A stretch of DNA of 64,000 bases from Novakomyces olei (lineage: Eukaryota): assembly GCA_016906335.1 (NCBI GenBank), contig JADEYG010000007.1, positions 1,054,001 through 1,118,000 on the forward strand, in the 5' to 3' direction. The position numbers were made by a program, and so were the translations under genes. The notes below the pieces were generated by a model that had not been told where the DNA came from, made no database searches, and was given only the letters and a program-made list of their open reading frames with translations. This document shows positions 1 through 12,370 of this stretch, in pieces. Position 1 is the first letter of the stretch, and every line of letters starts with the position of its first letter.

Positions 1-2
1 AG

Positions 3-239
3 AAGGAGGGCGAATACGTAGCACAGTTCTTCTCTACCATTGCCTTGACGAAGAATGGTACTGTTCGTTTGACCGGTCCGACTGATTTCGACGTTGCCAT
101 CCTTGAAAACGAATCGAAATTGCCGGAAGAACTGCGGCAGGTCGTCGATACGCCGCTCAAACTGGCAAAGAAGAAGAAGAATAAGTCGAAAAAGGCTGCT
201 CCTAGCGTCGATTCTGCTCCTGCTACGGCAGAAGAGTAA
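3..239 (+). CDS. cdb4: 3' end of curved DNA-binding protein Cdb4 / PA2G4 (Ebp1), M24 fold; partial
   Basis: Frame 3 from the window edge reads KEGEYVAQFFSTIALTKNGTVRLTGP...KKKKNKSKK, matching the Ebp1/Cdb4 C-terminal motif (EKEGEFVAQF.FT..L..NG..R.T) and its Lys-rich tail. Confidence 0.8.
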   Translation, partial: KEGEYVAQFFSTIALTKNGTVRLTGPTDFDVAILENESKLPEELRQVVDTPLKLAKKKKNKSKKAAPSVDSAPATAEE

Positions 240-1091
240 ACGGTTAAAACAAGAAGGAGAAAAGGGGAATATATTCATGATTTTTCAAAAACTTTTATGG
301 ATATTCTCTAACGCGATCAGCGCATTTACCGCGCTACAATCCAGACAGGCTCTACATGTAGGAAGGTATTGCACTCTTCGCGCTCTCTGTCCCCTCGATA
401 AGATGAATTTTCCTTGAAATTCTTTGGCACAAAACAAGATTAAAAAGAAAAATAATATTATTATTATTTTTGGCATTAGAGTTGCGTCCATTCAAAATGG
501 CCGAGTATCCCGGGCTAGACTGCAGTAGAAAAAATGTAAACCAAACCGCGTCAGATTCGTATTCTGACGCCCCCGTCTCGTTTGCGCCTCGTTAAACACT
601 ATATTCTTCTAATTTTATTTTCAGTTTTCTTCAAGTATATATAATTTTGCGTGTATCTCCAAACATACTAGTTTATTCCCGGCCGGTCAGAAGAGATGCA
701 GCAAAAGTAAAACAAAATATATTATTGGAGCAGTTAAAAACAAGACTGCGCAATCAGCAAAAATTGGCACTGCTCTTTTTGTTGATTTCTACGTGAACGG
801 TTTCTCAGCCGAACGGTTCAGTGTGAAGAACGCGTATACCGAGTGTGGGTGTTTTTAATTTTTGATATTTTCATTCTCTTTGCCTCTTCGGAGCTGCTGA
901 GATCAAAATCGCGTTGAATCGTTGGGAAAACGGACGAATATTGGTTGCAAATATTATCTTTTTGGGGCCTATTGTAAAAGCTCTGATCTGGTACAAATCA
1001 CCGTCCTCGATTCCGAGCACAAGCCCGTTGTGTCTCGGATTATTTCCCCCTGTCTTTTAATCGTTATATCCGTGGCCCGCTTGTTCCATGT

Positions 1092-2947
1092 ATGATGTCT
1101 ACAACGAATGGTGAAGGAGACCAGAAGAACGGGTTTGTGGAAACAGATATGGAGTTGGAACAATTAGGTTCTATTGAAGACGACTTGAGTGCTATTCGTG
1201 GTCTGGAACAGCCGAGCGCCGCCTTGCAGCCGAGCGCCTCCTTGCACGTATCCGATCCTCATACTGAAACCTCTTCCTCGTCAAGTCTCAGCAGTGCTGA
1301 TAATGATCTTTTCAATGGATCAACGGAGGCCTTTTTAATGGGTACGGCAACAGATCGGGATCGGTTACTCGCAAAAAGGCCAAAGCGGGAAGTTACAAGC
1401 CGTCCGCGTTCCACAGATCTGGAACGTGTAGCATGGTCCCGTGTTTCGGCTTCCGGTCAATTACGAGAGGATAAGGGTGTCGTGGCTGGAAAGCGCGGGC
1501 GCAGAGACTCGGGAGCTTTGGATCAAAATGCTCTTACTCCCGCATCTTCACCTATTCGGCCCGGAGGAGAAGTCGAGAATGGAGGAAAAAGGAGGAAAAT
1601 ATCTATAAAAATTGCAAAGCAGCCTGACGCTGTTGAGGCTGTTACTACGTCTTTAGTATTAGCACCCTCTCCACCATTAGAGCACGTGAATGACCAAAGT
1701 ACATCGCATTCACCAGATACGGATTCGAAAATACGTAGGGTCAAGAAGAGTCCGATCAAAGGCCGGCGGAAACCAGAAGCTGGATCGCTGCCTAAGCTTC
1801 CCAAGCTGGTAGATCTCGCTTCTGAGTCTCAGGTTAATGGCACAGTTCAATCGGCGCCATCTGCACCTCCGGCAACTTCTGGATTCGCTCATGATGCTAT
1901 GCCCTGGGAAGGCAAGCCTTCTGAGGATGATCCAGCAAAGGTAAGGAAAGAATATACATTTAAATTTATGTCAAAGAGGGGACAAAGCAAAGGAATTAAA
2001 CAAATTTATCAATTTATTTATACCAAAATATGCAAATCAAAAGAAAAGGCAATATCAAAAGAGGCAGATGGAAAGAACCTCCAACCCCTCGAAATATCTG
2101 TGGCCGTTCGTACAGTGATTTATCATCAACGATCATAGCATTGTTCTAATACTAACGTCCTAGTACAACGAAGACTTTTGTGCAGTTTGCAGGGGCCCCG
2201 GCAGATTCTTGTGCTGTGAATCGTGTCCACGGTCCTTCCACTTCTTCTGTCTTGATCCACCGTTGGACGATGAAATTCTTCCAGACGAGGCATGGCACTG
2301 CAGAGTATGTATTGCTAAACGCTGGCCCCCACCCAAGCATCCACGTGGGATATTTTCTCAGCTGCTTGATAATGTTGATCGCAGCATCCCCGTCAAATTT
2401 CATCTGCCCGCGGCCATCCGCAGCTATTTCCAAGGCTGTGGTACGAACGAAGAGGGCGAGTATATCGATACTTTTGAAACAAAACCTCCCAAAATTGGCC
2501 GAAAGGGTTACGCAGAGGATCGTGATCCACAACAGTTGAAAGACAAGCACGGAAGATTGCTTTTATGCTTTGTCTGTGGTAAATCGGCACAAGGGTCTAG
2601 TGGAATCGTTGTATGTGATTACTGTCCTTCAGCCTGGCATTTGGACTGTTTAACTCCTCCATTGCCTGGAGTGCCTTCGAATACAAGACGATGGATGTGT
2701 CCGAATCATGCTCATCATTATACACCAAAGATGCGGATCCCGAGACGCGCCAAGGTGCACGATGTGTCCTTGAATCGTGGTTTTGTTAACAAGGGCAACG
2801 TTGAGGTTGATAACAGCGCTGAGGATCAAGCTCACCTTGACTCAATTGCCGCTATTATCGGCGACCGTGACGATTTTGAGCTGCAACATGTGAAGTATCG
2901 GCTGCCAGAGCACGGGCTCAAACTAGATTTTCTTGATCATGTCAAAC

Positions 2948-2979
<32 letters not shown>

Positions 2980-3428
2980 GATACTGTATTCTTTTTCTGC
3001 CTTTTTTTGGCCATGTTTAAACTCTTCGCCTTTGCTATGCTTTAGTTTTGCGCGATGCCGGTTGATATCGTTTGTTTAAATTCTAATGGTACCAAAACAA
3101 ATTTTTGCTAATTAGTCCAAGAAAAACAGAACGTGAAAGGCGAGCCAAGGAGGAGGCGGCAATGCATTCTCTCTTAAGTATGCCGTACAAAGAAAACCTG
3201 TCTCTGCTTCTCTCTATCGCAATGGTATACTTTTTCTCTATTCAACCTTTGCTAACAGAAATTCAGGCTCAAATGCCACTTGTCTCGACGGTGGAGAAAG
3301 GGCCAGTGGACGAGTCTGAAGTGATGGGGCGTGAGATTGGACCGGTAGAGCGCCTGCAGTGTTTGGCGCTGCGGAGACTGTTACGGCAAAAAAGCCATGA
3401 TGAGCTTGTAGCCTTTTTCACAAGCTAG
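1092..3428 (+). CDS. Double PHD-finger protein, Rco1/Cph1-like (Rpd3S/Clr6 HDAC complex); exons approx. 1092-1940, 2164-2948, 3116-3224, 3267-3428
   Basis: PHD1 NEDFCAVCRGPGRFLCCESCPRSFHFFCLDPPL..WHCRVC and PHD2 CFVC..IVVCDYCPSAWHLDCLTPPL..WMCPNH; GT-AG introns with CTAA(C/T) branch points restore one frame. Confidence 0.8.
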
Positions 3429-4100
3429 GCTTGGCTTGGCCTGAAGAGCTTGGCTATTTTTGTGAGAGATAGAGTGTGTACAGTATTGTATTTAGATTGT
3501 TTAGCATAAGAATACGCCGTCTATAGCTCGCTGGTTGAGACTGTTAATTTATGATAGCGTGTAATCAGCACCGTGTCCCCTCTGTTCTCGTTCCAACTGG
3601 CTTTCCCTTATCCTTGTAAGCCCTAATGCTTGATAACCCTAATCCTCAATAACCCTAATCTTCGATAACCCTATAATTATAGTATAGCTGCCTCCTTATT
3701 TGCATAGTTCCATATATCTGTTATAATAACTTTATATAAAAGGTCCATAGTGCCCACCTTTGGCACACTACAAAATTTGTACGTATTACGCGCTGTGTAA
3801 CGTGCAATGTACAAGTAAACGCATAAATCCATCCCCTCACTCTTGTACCTATCCATACGCACAAGCAATCTATGCGCATATTGTTTTTACCGAAATGCTG
3901 ATTGGCCGGCCGGGAATAAGTCATCCATATAAACTGACCGTCGGCCGTTTTAGCCCTTGTCCAAAGCCAACAGAGTCTGATAGTGTTCGATTCCCTTTGA
4001 CCTCACTGCCTGATCTTTGCTAGAGATCGCAAGGTTGCTGAAGCTTTCTCACCTTTATCACGATTGCCACGGCTCTTATCGCAACTCTGCTTTCCGTCTA

Positions 4101-4910
4101 ATGTTGGGCCTTCGCAAAACTTATTTGGGTGCCGCTTCGGCAGCACGGGCTGGCTCCCAGTCTCTTCGAGCCACGATGGCTACGCATGCTGAGCCGCCCA
4201 AGGCTCCTCGTTTGAAGGAGTTTCAGATCTACCGGTGGGATCCGGAGAACCCGAGTGTGAAACCTCATATGCAGTCCTTCCATATTGATCTGAACCAGTG
4301 CGGTCCTATGGTTCTCGACGCCATCATTAAAATCAAAAACGAGCAAGACCCAAGCCTGACCTTCCGGCGGTCTTGTCGAGAAGGTATCTGCGGCTCATGT
4401 GCCATGAATATCGAGGGCGGCAACACTCTGGCCTGCCTGTCCCGCATTACACCGGAAGACAAGCCGACCAAAATTTACCCTCTACCTCACTGCTACGTTA
4501 TGAAGGATTTAGTACCTGACTTGACCCATTTCTATCAGCAGTACAAGAGTATCGAACCCTACCTCCAGCGTGAAAGCAACCCTCCAAACACGGAGAATCT
4601 GCAGTCACGCGAGGACCGTGCAAAGTTAGATGGTCTTTATGAGTGTATTCTTTGTGCTTGCTGCTCTACTGCCTGCCCTTCATACTGGTGGAACAATGAA
4701 GAGTACCTTGGTCCCGCTGTGCTAATGCAGGCTTACCGGTGGATCGCTGATTCACGTGACGAGGCTACGGTCAAACGTCTCACCAAGCTGGAAAACACAT
4801 ATGCTCTCTACCGTTGCCATACTATCATGAACTGTGCTAGGACCTGTCCCAAGGGACTCAACCCTGGCCGTGCCATTGCGTACATGAAGCAAGCAATGGC
4901 CACGTATTAG
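4101..4910 (+). CDS. SDH2: Succinate dehydrogenase iron-sulfur subunit, intronless
   Basis: [36 protein letters not shown] and [17 protein letters not shown] motifs; Arg/Ala-rich mitochondrial presequence from ATG 4101. Confidence 0.97.
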   Translation: MLGLRKTYLGAASAARAGSQSLRATMATHAEPPKAPRLKEFQIYRWDPENPSVKPHMQSFHIDLNQCGPMVLDAIIKIKNEQDPSLTFRRSCREGICGSCAMNIEGGNTLACLSRITPEDKPTKIYPLPHCYVMKDLVPDLTHFYQQYKSIEPYLQRESNPPNTENLQSREDRAKLDGLYECILCACCSTACPSYWWNNEEYLGPAVLMQAYRWIADSRDEATVKRLTKLENTYALYRCHTIMNCARTCPKGLNPGRAIAYMKQAMATY

Positions 4911-5602
4911 AGAATGAGCTGCTTGAGCATGTCATGATTCAGATTGGGCTTTAAAGGTGGAGGCGGTGGTGCCATGTATCCGCGCAAGATTACTGTATGC
5001 ATTCGGTTTGAATACCAGTTAGTGTGAATACATTTTAAAGATAATTACTTTTAAAACATGGGAGCCAGTAAAGCGTTTTGCGTATTCTGAAGTAGGCAAG
5101 GATTACGGCGATACAATCATACTGATCACTAAACGTCCAGATTTTTGCATTAGAAATTAGCACTACTTCACGGAGTGTATCCCGTCGTGTAAACAATCGT
5201 GTCTTCCCTATATTTGTGCGTCATTTTGTTCATGCAAAGCTCTATCCAAAACTGCTTTACCAAAATTATAGGAAGTAAATGTAATAATGAGTGCGCGTAA
5301 CATATATCTGCGTGTATATATATACTTTTATTGTACGTGATTAGGGTTAGGGTTAATATTAATGTACAACAGCTATAGTCTGTGATCGAACAAGCGCAGT
5401 ATCCCAGAGCAAAGTCAGTAAGAGCAAACGATAACACGGTGCATCGGGTGTATAGGACTCGGGGCGCTATCGTAATTTGCTCAGTAGCAATATTTGCCTG
5501 CTCTAGCACGTCAGCATATGGGACTTTGCTCGTCCCTGGTTACCTGATCCATTGATAGAGAGACGAGTTCCGGCTTGAGATAACGCTTCTCGTGCTTCCA
5601 GA

Positions 5603-6432
5603 ATGTCGGGTTTAGAAAGTATGATTTGGTTGTCGCTGCGTACTGTACTAACTGCATGCAGAGTCTTTGTTTCAGCTCAAGGTACTGCTTCGTGGAGGCA
5701 TCGCCTGCTTACTAACTGCAGTTTACGGCCAAGACTTTAAATCGGCAATCGCAAAAGGCGACAAAGGAGCGCAAATCTGAGGAGGCAAAAGTCAAAAAGG
5801 TACGTCGACAGGACTTGTGGATACTTTCAAGATCAGAATAGAGACTGATAAGTTTAGGCGCTTCAGCAAGGTCACCAGGACATTGCACGTATCTACGCAG
5901 AGAATGCGATCCGCAAGCAGGAAGAGAGTGTAAACCTTTTGCGGTTGGCGAGCCGGATAGACGCTGTTAGTTCGCGTGTGCAAACGGCAGTTGTTATGAG
6001 AAATGTATGATACATTTTTTTTTCTTTTTCTTCGGTCTCTAACAAGTTTGAAGGTTACTGGAAACATGGCGAATGTAGTGCGGGGCATGGATCGAGCCAT
6101 GGAAAGTATGAACTTGGAGAGAATTTCGGTCGTGATGGATAAATTCGAGTCTCAGTTTGAGGATTTGGATGTTCAGTCGGGTTATATGGACACGGTAAGT
6201 CAATTTTACATTATTGTTTTGCAGCGGGTTTTAACTTTTTTAGGCTATGGGCCAGACTACCGCGCAGTCGCAGCCGCAAGAGGAGGTTGATAATCTCATG
6301 TCGCGTATTGCGGATGAGAATGGCATTGAAAGGCAACATGAGCTTGATCGTGAAGTACCGCAGAATATTTCGCAACGGCAGCCGGTCAATGAGGATGGCC
6401 TTAATGAGCGACTCAAGGCTATTCGTGGGTAA
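5603..6432 (+). CDS. DID2: ESCRT-III-associated Did2/Vps46 (CHMP1); six exons, five short introns
   Basis: Spliced product [21 protein letters not shown]...[49 protein letters not shown]...[10 protein letters not shown]. Confidence 0.92.
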
Positions 6433-7501
6433 AATATGATTTAATCTGCGTTGGGAAGTTTGGCAACAGGCTCGTGATTCCATAGTTCGTTTTTCAATTT
6501 AATGAGGATTCATATTATTTAGCTGGCCATATATATAAGCGTCGTCGAAAAAATAAAGATTAAATAATGACAAAAATTGCTGTTGATCTGTCAGTGTTAA
6601 GAAACTTGTAAGGCAAATGAAGTATCGTCGACGCCTCCTTCTATTCAATTTGTTGTTACAATTTGAGATGCGTTATGTCAATTATCAGCCGTAGTTACGG
6701 TTCTTGCGCGTACAAAGTATAGAATCTAAAGCCACAGTATCTACTCTATCGTGGTTGATGCTTATTGCCCTTTGCTCGCTAATGCTCATCAATCCTATTC
6801 ACAAAAAATATTATGAGAGCACGCAGAGTAGACACTTATTCTATGTTGTGGTGGAACCCAAGCTTATATTAGGTTTAGGGTTTGCTAGGGTTAGTTTGGT
6901 AAACCCGGATTAGTTGAACACACATATAGATAGCCTAAATAGCCTTCCTAATAAAATCATCCGTCTTAATATTCTATACGAAATGCTTATACGGAAATAT
7001 AACGATATATCTATTATTTACCGTCGTCGTGCAGAGTAGTGCAATAAAAAGCGCGTAAGCAGCCAGACCAACCACCGGTAAAGCTACTAGTACAAGATAA
7101 ACTGCGCAGCGTAAATTACTGCTTTGCAAGTTAGACGCTGGCGGCTTTATAATTCAGGCTATCTTTCTCGCTATCTGTATTGAATATAGAAAATCAGACG
7201 GAGCAATGGACCTTTGACGCTTTTATTACGTAGAGCGCTTTATACTAACGCGACCGACCGCTCCATTTACATAATCCCCTATATTTGTGACGTGAATCAT
7301 TTCACGGATTAATGATCGCTGACCCCTTCGTGGAAAACCCTAATCGCCGGCCCGGTCTCTGGGCCAATGAGAGAACTCGAAATTTTCGCACCGGCTGCTA
7401 TATTGTTCCCGTAAAGTTCCGCGACGTATAGGGAAAATATATATACACTCACAAATATAATTGTTCCAACCTGTCGAACGTTACTGACACCAATACAAAC
7501 G

Positions 7502-7837
7502 ATGGCTAAATCAGAGGTTGGAAAAGGCGATGCCAAGAAGGGCGCAAACTTGTTTAAGACTCGCTGTGCTATTTGCCACACGATTGAGGAAGGAGGAGGC
7601 AACAAGGTTGGTCCTAACTTGCACGGACTCTTTGGCCGCCAATCTGGCCAGGTCGAAGGATTTGCATACACCGACGCGAACAAGAAGAAGGGCGTTGTAT
7701 GGGAGGCAGAGACCCTGTTCGAATACTTGGAAAACCCCAAGAAGTATATTCCGGGCACTAAGATGGCCTTCGCCGGTCTGAAGAAGGAAAAGGACCGCAA
7801 CGATATCGTTGCTTATCTCCACGACGCTTCGAAATAG
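7502..7837 (+). CDS. CYC1: Cytochrome c
   Basis: [33 protein letters not shown]. Confidence 0.98.
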   Translation: MAKSEVGKGDAKKGANLFKTRCAICHTIEEGGGNKVGPNLHGLFGRQSGQVEGFAYTDANKKKGVVWEAETLFEYLENPKKYIPGTKMAFAGLKKEKDRNDIVAYLHDASK

Positions 7838-8415
7838 ATGTGCATTTTCGCAAGCACTGGTCGGCAGAGTTGGCCCCTGTGCGCGACCTGCTTAATAAAA
7901 GGCTTTATCGGCCGACTCTTTTTGGCGGCCGTTTTATTAAAAGTTCAAGAAATTGGACACGAAATTGTAATTCAAAAAAATATAGATGCTTTATTTAGGT
8001 CGATTATTATTGGCTGCATACGTTTATTCAATAACGCCAATAATTAAGCAATTTTAAAGAAATAATACTCTACAAAAAACCAAACTTGATGTCAACATGA
8101 TTTCCATTAAGGCTACTCTGTCGAGCTACTGCCGTTGTGATTGCAAACTTTTATGTTTCAGTCATCGGCTGTTGAATGACGTCAGTCAATGACCCTTTAA
8201 ATGCTCATATGTACTTTGCAAGGCTTGTCCTTGCTTTCATAGAATGCTATTACTAGTTAACCCCATCTCTCAATTAAACGTCTATCCCGTACCGCCATTA
8301 ATCACATAGAGCGTGCACAGTAACGAAAAGGCTCAGACGAGTGCCGTTATACCCACCAGATCCCTTGAGCACTCTCATCACCTTGTTCCGCCTTGTTCCA
8401 CCTTGCTCCGCCAGT

Positions 8416-9216
8416 TCACACTATACTCGGGCGGTCTATCCAGCGTGAGCGTTCCCAGTTGACGAAAACAGGCTCTATACTCTTGTCCGGTAATGGCCCA
8501 TACCCCATTTCACGCCAGGTCTCGTTCCAGTCTGCTACTTGTGGAGAAATTTCCTCTTCTCCACTACTTTCTGCCTTCCTACTAGCAGCTGCCGCAATCT
8601 GTACGAATTGTTTTAATGATTTTTCTGCCTGTTTAGCTTCACGCGACGCCTGTTCGCGAACTGCGTGAGGTGTTTGTGGCCGTTGCGGGAAAGTTGCAGT
8701 GAAACGATAAGTATGTGGAGCGGGAAAGTCTGGAACGGAAGAGTTTACACGCGCATAAGCCGGTAACTGACTCGCCGCTGCTGTCGCGGGATCAATCATG
8801 GCCGCTGAAGCATTAGCAGCTGCAATCTGGGTCTCCTGAGAAAACCCTAAAGGCAATTGGCTCTTTTCCGCACTGGACGCCTCCTTCCTGTCCTGTGCAG
8901 ATTCCGGCAAAGCTTCAACAGACTCTTTGCCGCTGTTTGACAGAGGCAGTGCCGCAGCGACGGCAGGCGTAGCCTCAAGAGCAGCCAGCATCTCTCGCCA
9001 GTCGGTCCCTCTTAACCTTAACGCGTCCACCACATCAGGCGTAGATATCATACGGCGACTCTGCAGCTGAGCAAGCCGAGCTGCCTGGCCGACAAGCTGC
9101 TGTACATAGTCTGAGAGCACTGACTGCAACTTGGCCTGAGCACGGCCCTGCACGCCGGAAAACCCTTGGTGCGCCAGAATTGCACTTGTGCCGGGTACGT
9201 CGTAGCCGGCCGCCAT
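8416..9216 (-). CDS. TAF8: TFIID subunit Taf8 (histone-fold/BTP domain plus TAF8_C); start uncertain
   Basis: N-terminal histone-fold-like segment (AILAHQGF..A...L..VLSDY...RR.ISTPDV..AL); C-terminal PDFPAPHTYRFT.TF...VRE.A.RE.K.AEKSL. Confidence 0.8.
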   Translation of the reverse strand: MAAGYDVPGTSAILAHQGFSGVQGRAQAKLQSVLSDYVQQLVGQAARLAQLQSRRMISTPDVVDALRLRGTDWREMLAALEATPAVAAALPLSNSGKESVEALPESAQDRKEASSAEKSQLPLGFSQETQIAAANASAAMIDPATAAASQLPAYARVNSSVPDFPAPHTYRFTATFPQRPQTPHAVREQASREAKQAEKSLKQFVQIAAAASRKAESSGEEEISPQVADWNETWREMGYGPLPDKSIEPVFVNWERSRWIDRPSIV

Positions 9217-9399
9217 TGCGCTAAAGTGCCTGCTTAAATCTCGAATATTAATGACTCCATTTGACCGCTCGAGATTGTGTATTTGGCCTCGGTCTCAGGC
9301 TCGTTTGGCTGTTCCCACGAGCGATCTGGTCCCTTGGCTTGGTGGTGCAAGCATTTTCCTTTATTTTCTCTGCTCTATTATTCGATGTCCTACAATGAA

Positions 9400-9630
9400 A
9401 CGAGACATAATGTATTATTTCATGGTTTTACTATTCTATATGGTTTCTATATTATACGAGTTCTGTGTAACTTCATTTCTATAATATTTCTATTCTATAT
9501 TATTTCCATTTTATATAATTTCTATTTTATATATTTCTATTTTATATTATTTACTTCTTATGAGACAATATTTTATACAATTTCTGTTCTAAATAATTTC
9601 CATTTATAAATCTCTATTTTATATAATTAC
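9400..9630. repeat. AT-rich degenerate repeat between divergent TAF8 and FMP52-like genes
   Basis: Recurrent atttctatt(t)tata-like units. Confidence 0.6.
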
Positions 9631-9743
9631 TGTACACTCTGATTCTGCCATAGTAACGTACTATTAATATACGGACGCTTGCATCGTCATACCCAAATAT
9701 CGTCCGTTGCCAACTAATCGTAAAGAAAAAGTGGATCGTTCCA

Positions 9744-10546
9744 ATGACAGAAGGTAAGAGCGCCATCATATTCGGCGGCACAGGCGCCGTTGGTCGTGCT
9801 CTTGTTCGCGAACTGGCGGAAAAGTCACCAACTTTTACGCAGATTACTCTTGTACAGCGCCGAGCGTTCGATTACAAGCTCGATGCCACTGCAGCGAGCC
9901 GCGTGGAGACAGTAATTGTTCCTGATCTTTTTCGCGCTGCCGAGTCGCACAGTGAAGCTTTCAAGGGCCATGAGTATGCTTTTTTGCGTATCTTTATTTC
10001 GCTATTTGCTTTAATTATTGACGCACTTGAATTTTTATGCTAACAGCCAGTTCTGTTTTCATAACCCTCGGCACTACTCGTGCAGCGGCTGGCTCAGCAA
10101 AAGAGTTTAAGCGTTTAGACCAGGACTTGCCGATCCAGCTGGCTGCCGCTGCCATCGATGCGCAAGTCAAGGGCCAGAGGATAGTGTACTGTAGTGCGAC
10201 CGGAGCAAATGCGAGTTCACACTTTTTATATCCGCAGTCTAAGGGCGAGACGGAGAAAAGGCTGGAGGAGTTGATAAAGGACAAGCAGGAGAAAGGCGAT
10301 ACTGCCGCACGTTTCTGTACTGTGAGACCTGCTTTCATTGAGACGGAGGAAGCACGTGAACATCCAAGGTTTATGGAATCAGCAGCAGGCCATGTTGTGT
10401 CTGGCTTACGCTGGGTTGGGTTCAACTGGTCTTCTTCCGTATCGCAGATTGCCAGAGCCATGCGGTTAGCTGGTGAAGGAAGTGTGGACGACTCTGTCAT
10501 TTCCAACAAGCGGATCCTTGAGCTCTATCAGCAGTATTCTGATTAA
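9744..10546 (+). CDS. FMP52: Fmp52/HTATIP2 (TIP30)-like atypical short-chain NAD(P)-binding protein; intron 9974-10050
   Basis: IFGGTGAVG Rossmann motif; spliced GHDSVFITLGTTRAAAGS; YCSATGANASSHFLYPQSKGETE. Confidence 0.8.
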
Positions 10547-11051
10547 GCGCTCTTACTCCAGGTCACATCGTTGGGCATGGCCTTTGTAGCTGCGCTTTTA
10601 ACGGTACTCTTGTAAAATGTTTGGGGAACGTGGCGCTCTTTCCGTTGGCTTTATGGGGCTTTAGTGTGTACGCGACAACACTTCATTGCAACAGTCATTC
10701 GATGTACACTTTGTCCAAGCCTTGAAGGGATTTCTTGACTTTCTTGACTGCTATTCTGTGTTGCGATTAATTACAAACTTGTGTAACAAAAGTCTAAAAA
10801 AAAAGAGACAAACGTGGATAAAATATAACGAAAATAAAGAGATTTAGCAATGTTGTTATTGAGCGGTTTTTGTCTGTATTGAAAATATGCACATTGCTCG
10901 AGCGCAACAGCGAATTCTGCTTTCTTCGATTTTTGTTCATTTTTTGTATATTCATTATGTTTAATTAATCTTCTATGACCTCTCTTTTCTGTCGTGTTCA
11001 GTTATATTTGACAATATTTATTCTTTCCTGTCTTTGAATATGGATCACAAT

Positions 11052-12039
11052 CTAGAGCTTTGGCTGCCTTTTACGTATAAAAGCGACACGCTCAGCAAAT
11101 TCTTTACTCTGCAATGCAGTTGCGTTCCATTGCGCCGTAAACGCTAGCGCTTCCTCTTCCGTATGATTTTGTGAATAATTTAACAACGTTTTTGTGCTCT
11201 GTACTGCGATCGCGCTCTTACTCGCAATTAGTGCTGCCAGTTCAACTGCTGCTGTAATTGCAGCCTCTTTAGACGCAAAATTTTGCGAAATCAAGCCTTG
11301 AGTCAAAGCTTCATGCTCATCAAATTCACGACAAGTAAAACAGACTTGACGCACCCACGAATCGTTGCCCACACAGCGATTCAGCCGTTGTAACGTTCCC
11401 ATATCAGCTGCCAACCCAGCATCCACTTCCTTGACGGAAAATCTAGCAGGAGCTGCTAGACGAATATCACAAGAAGTCAAAAGATCAATAGCCAATCCGT
11501 ATGAAACGCCGTGGGCTATCATTACCACAGCTGTACACAATTAGATCGGCTGTCGTTAAACAAAAATTCAGACAAAAAATGAGCCTCTGGAAGGAAATGT
11601 GGGGGGGAAGGCATTACGCTTTCTGCATAGTTTTGAACTGCCAATAGCGGACTGCATTCGCGCAATTTGCTGGCGCGTTCTTTCTGCCGTGTGGAAAACG
11701 TCCTTATTCGCATTTGCTTCTAAAAGTTGTACCAAAGCATTCACTGTCGTAAGAATCGTGAATGAAAACTCGATGTTCAAATGTACCATCAACTCCAGAA
11801 CAAAAGTGCTTTCCTGCACCATAGATTACGACACAGCGGATGTTTGGATCGTCGGAAGCCAATGCTAGTGCCGACTGATACGCTTCCCACTGTCTGCTTG
11901 TCAGTATTTATTCGTATTGTTGCGGAACGAACTCTTGATCAAAGGCATTTAGCTTTTCTGCACGGTTGAACTGCAAAACTAGTACGCCTTTGGCAGGCTG
12001 TTCGGCCGTCAATCGCGGGCTGCGGCTGTACTTGTCCAT
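11052..12039 (-). CDS. Crotonase-family delta3,5-delta2,4-dienoyl-CoA isomerase (ECH1-like), about three introns
   Basis: Spliced MDKYSRSPRL..GVLVLQFNRAEKLNAFD..., GAGKHFCSGVD, HGVSYGLAIDLLTSCDIR, FSVKEVDAGLAADMGTLQRL. Confidence 0.85.
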
Positions 12040-12370
12040 TACCGATACCGATCAAGTGTGGGGAAAACTTTACCCCAGAAATTACTGTAAACAGGAGCAA
12101 GTTATTCGGCGATAAAGGTTGAATAAGTCCACGGGCCCCGTGACGATATGGATAATTTACTGGCTGCCATCGGTGCTAGATCGGATACCGACAGACTATA
12201 TCGGAAAGGGTCGCGCTGAACAACATGGGATTTTTAAACAGTAAACTAGAGTAAACTATGAGTTGGAATAAGATCAGAAAATTTTAAAAAAGGATCAACA
12301 AAACCAGTCTATAAGCCCGCCAAATGCATGAGTGGGACTCTTACATGTATCAATTGCTAGTATGGCTCAT

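Noticed and set aside
3516-3600. tRNA-like start (gccgtctatagctcgctggttgag)
   Set aside because: A-box-like only; there is no TTCGA T-loop or closing acceptor stem downstream
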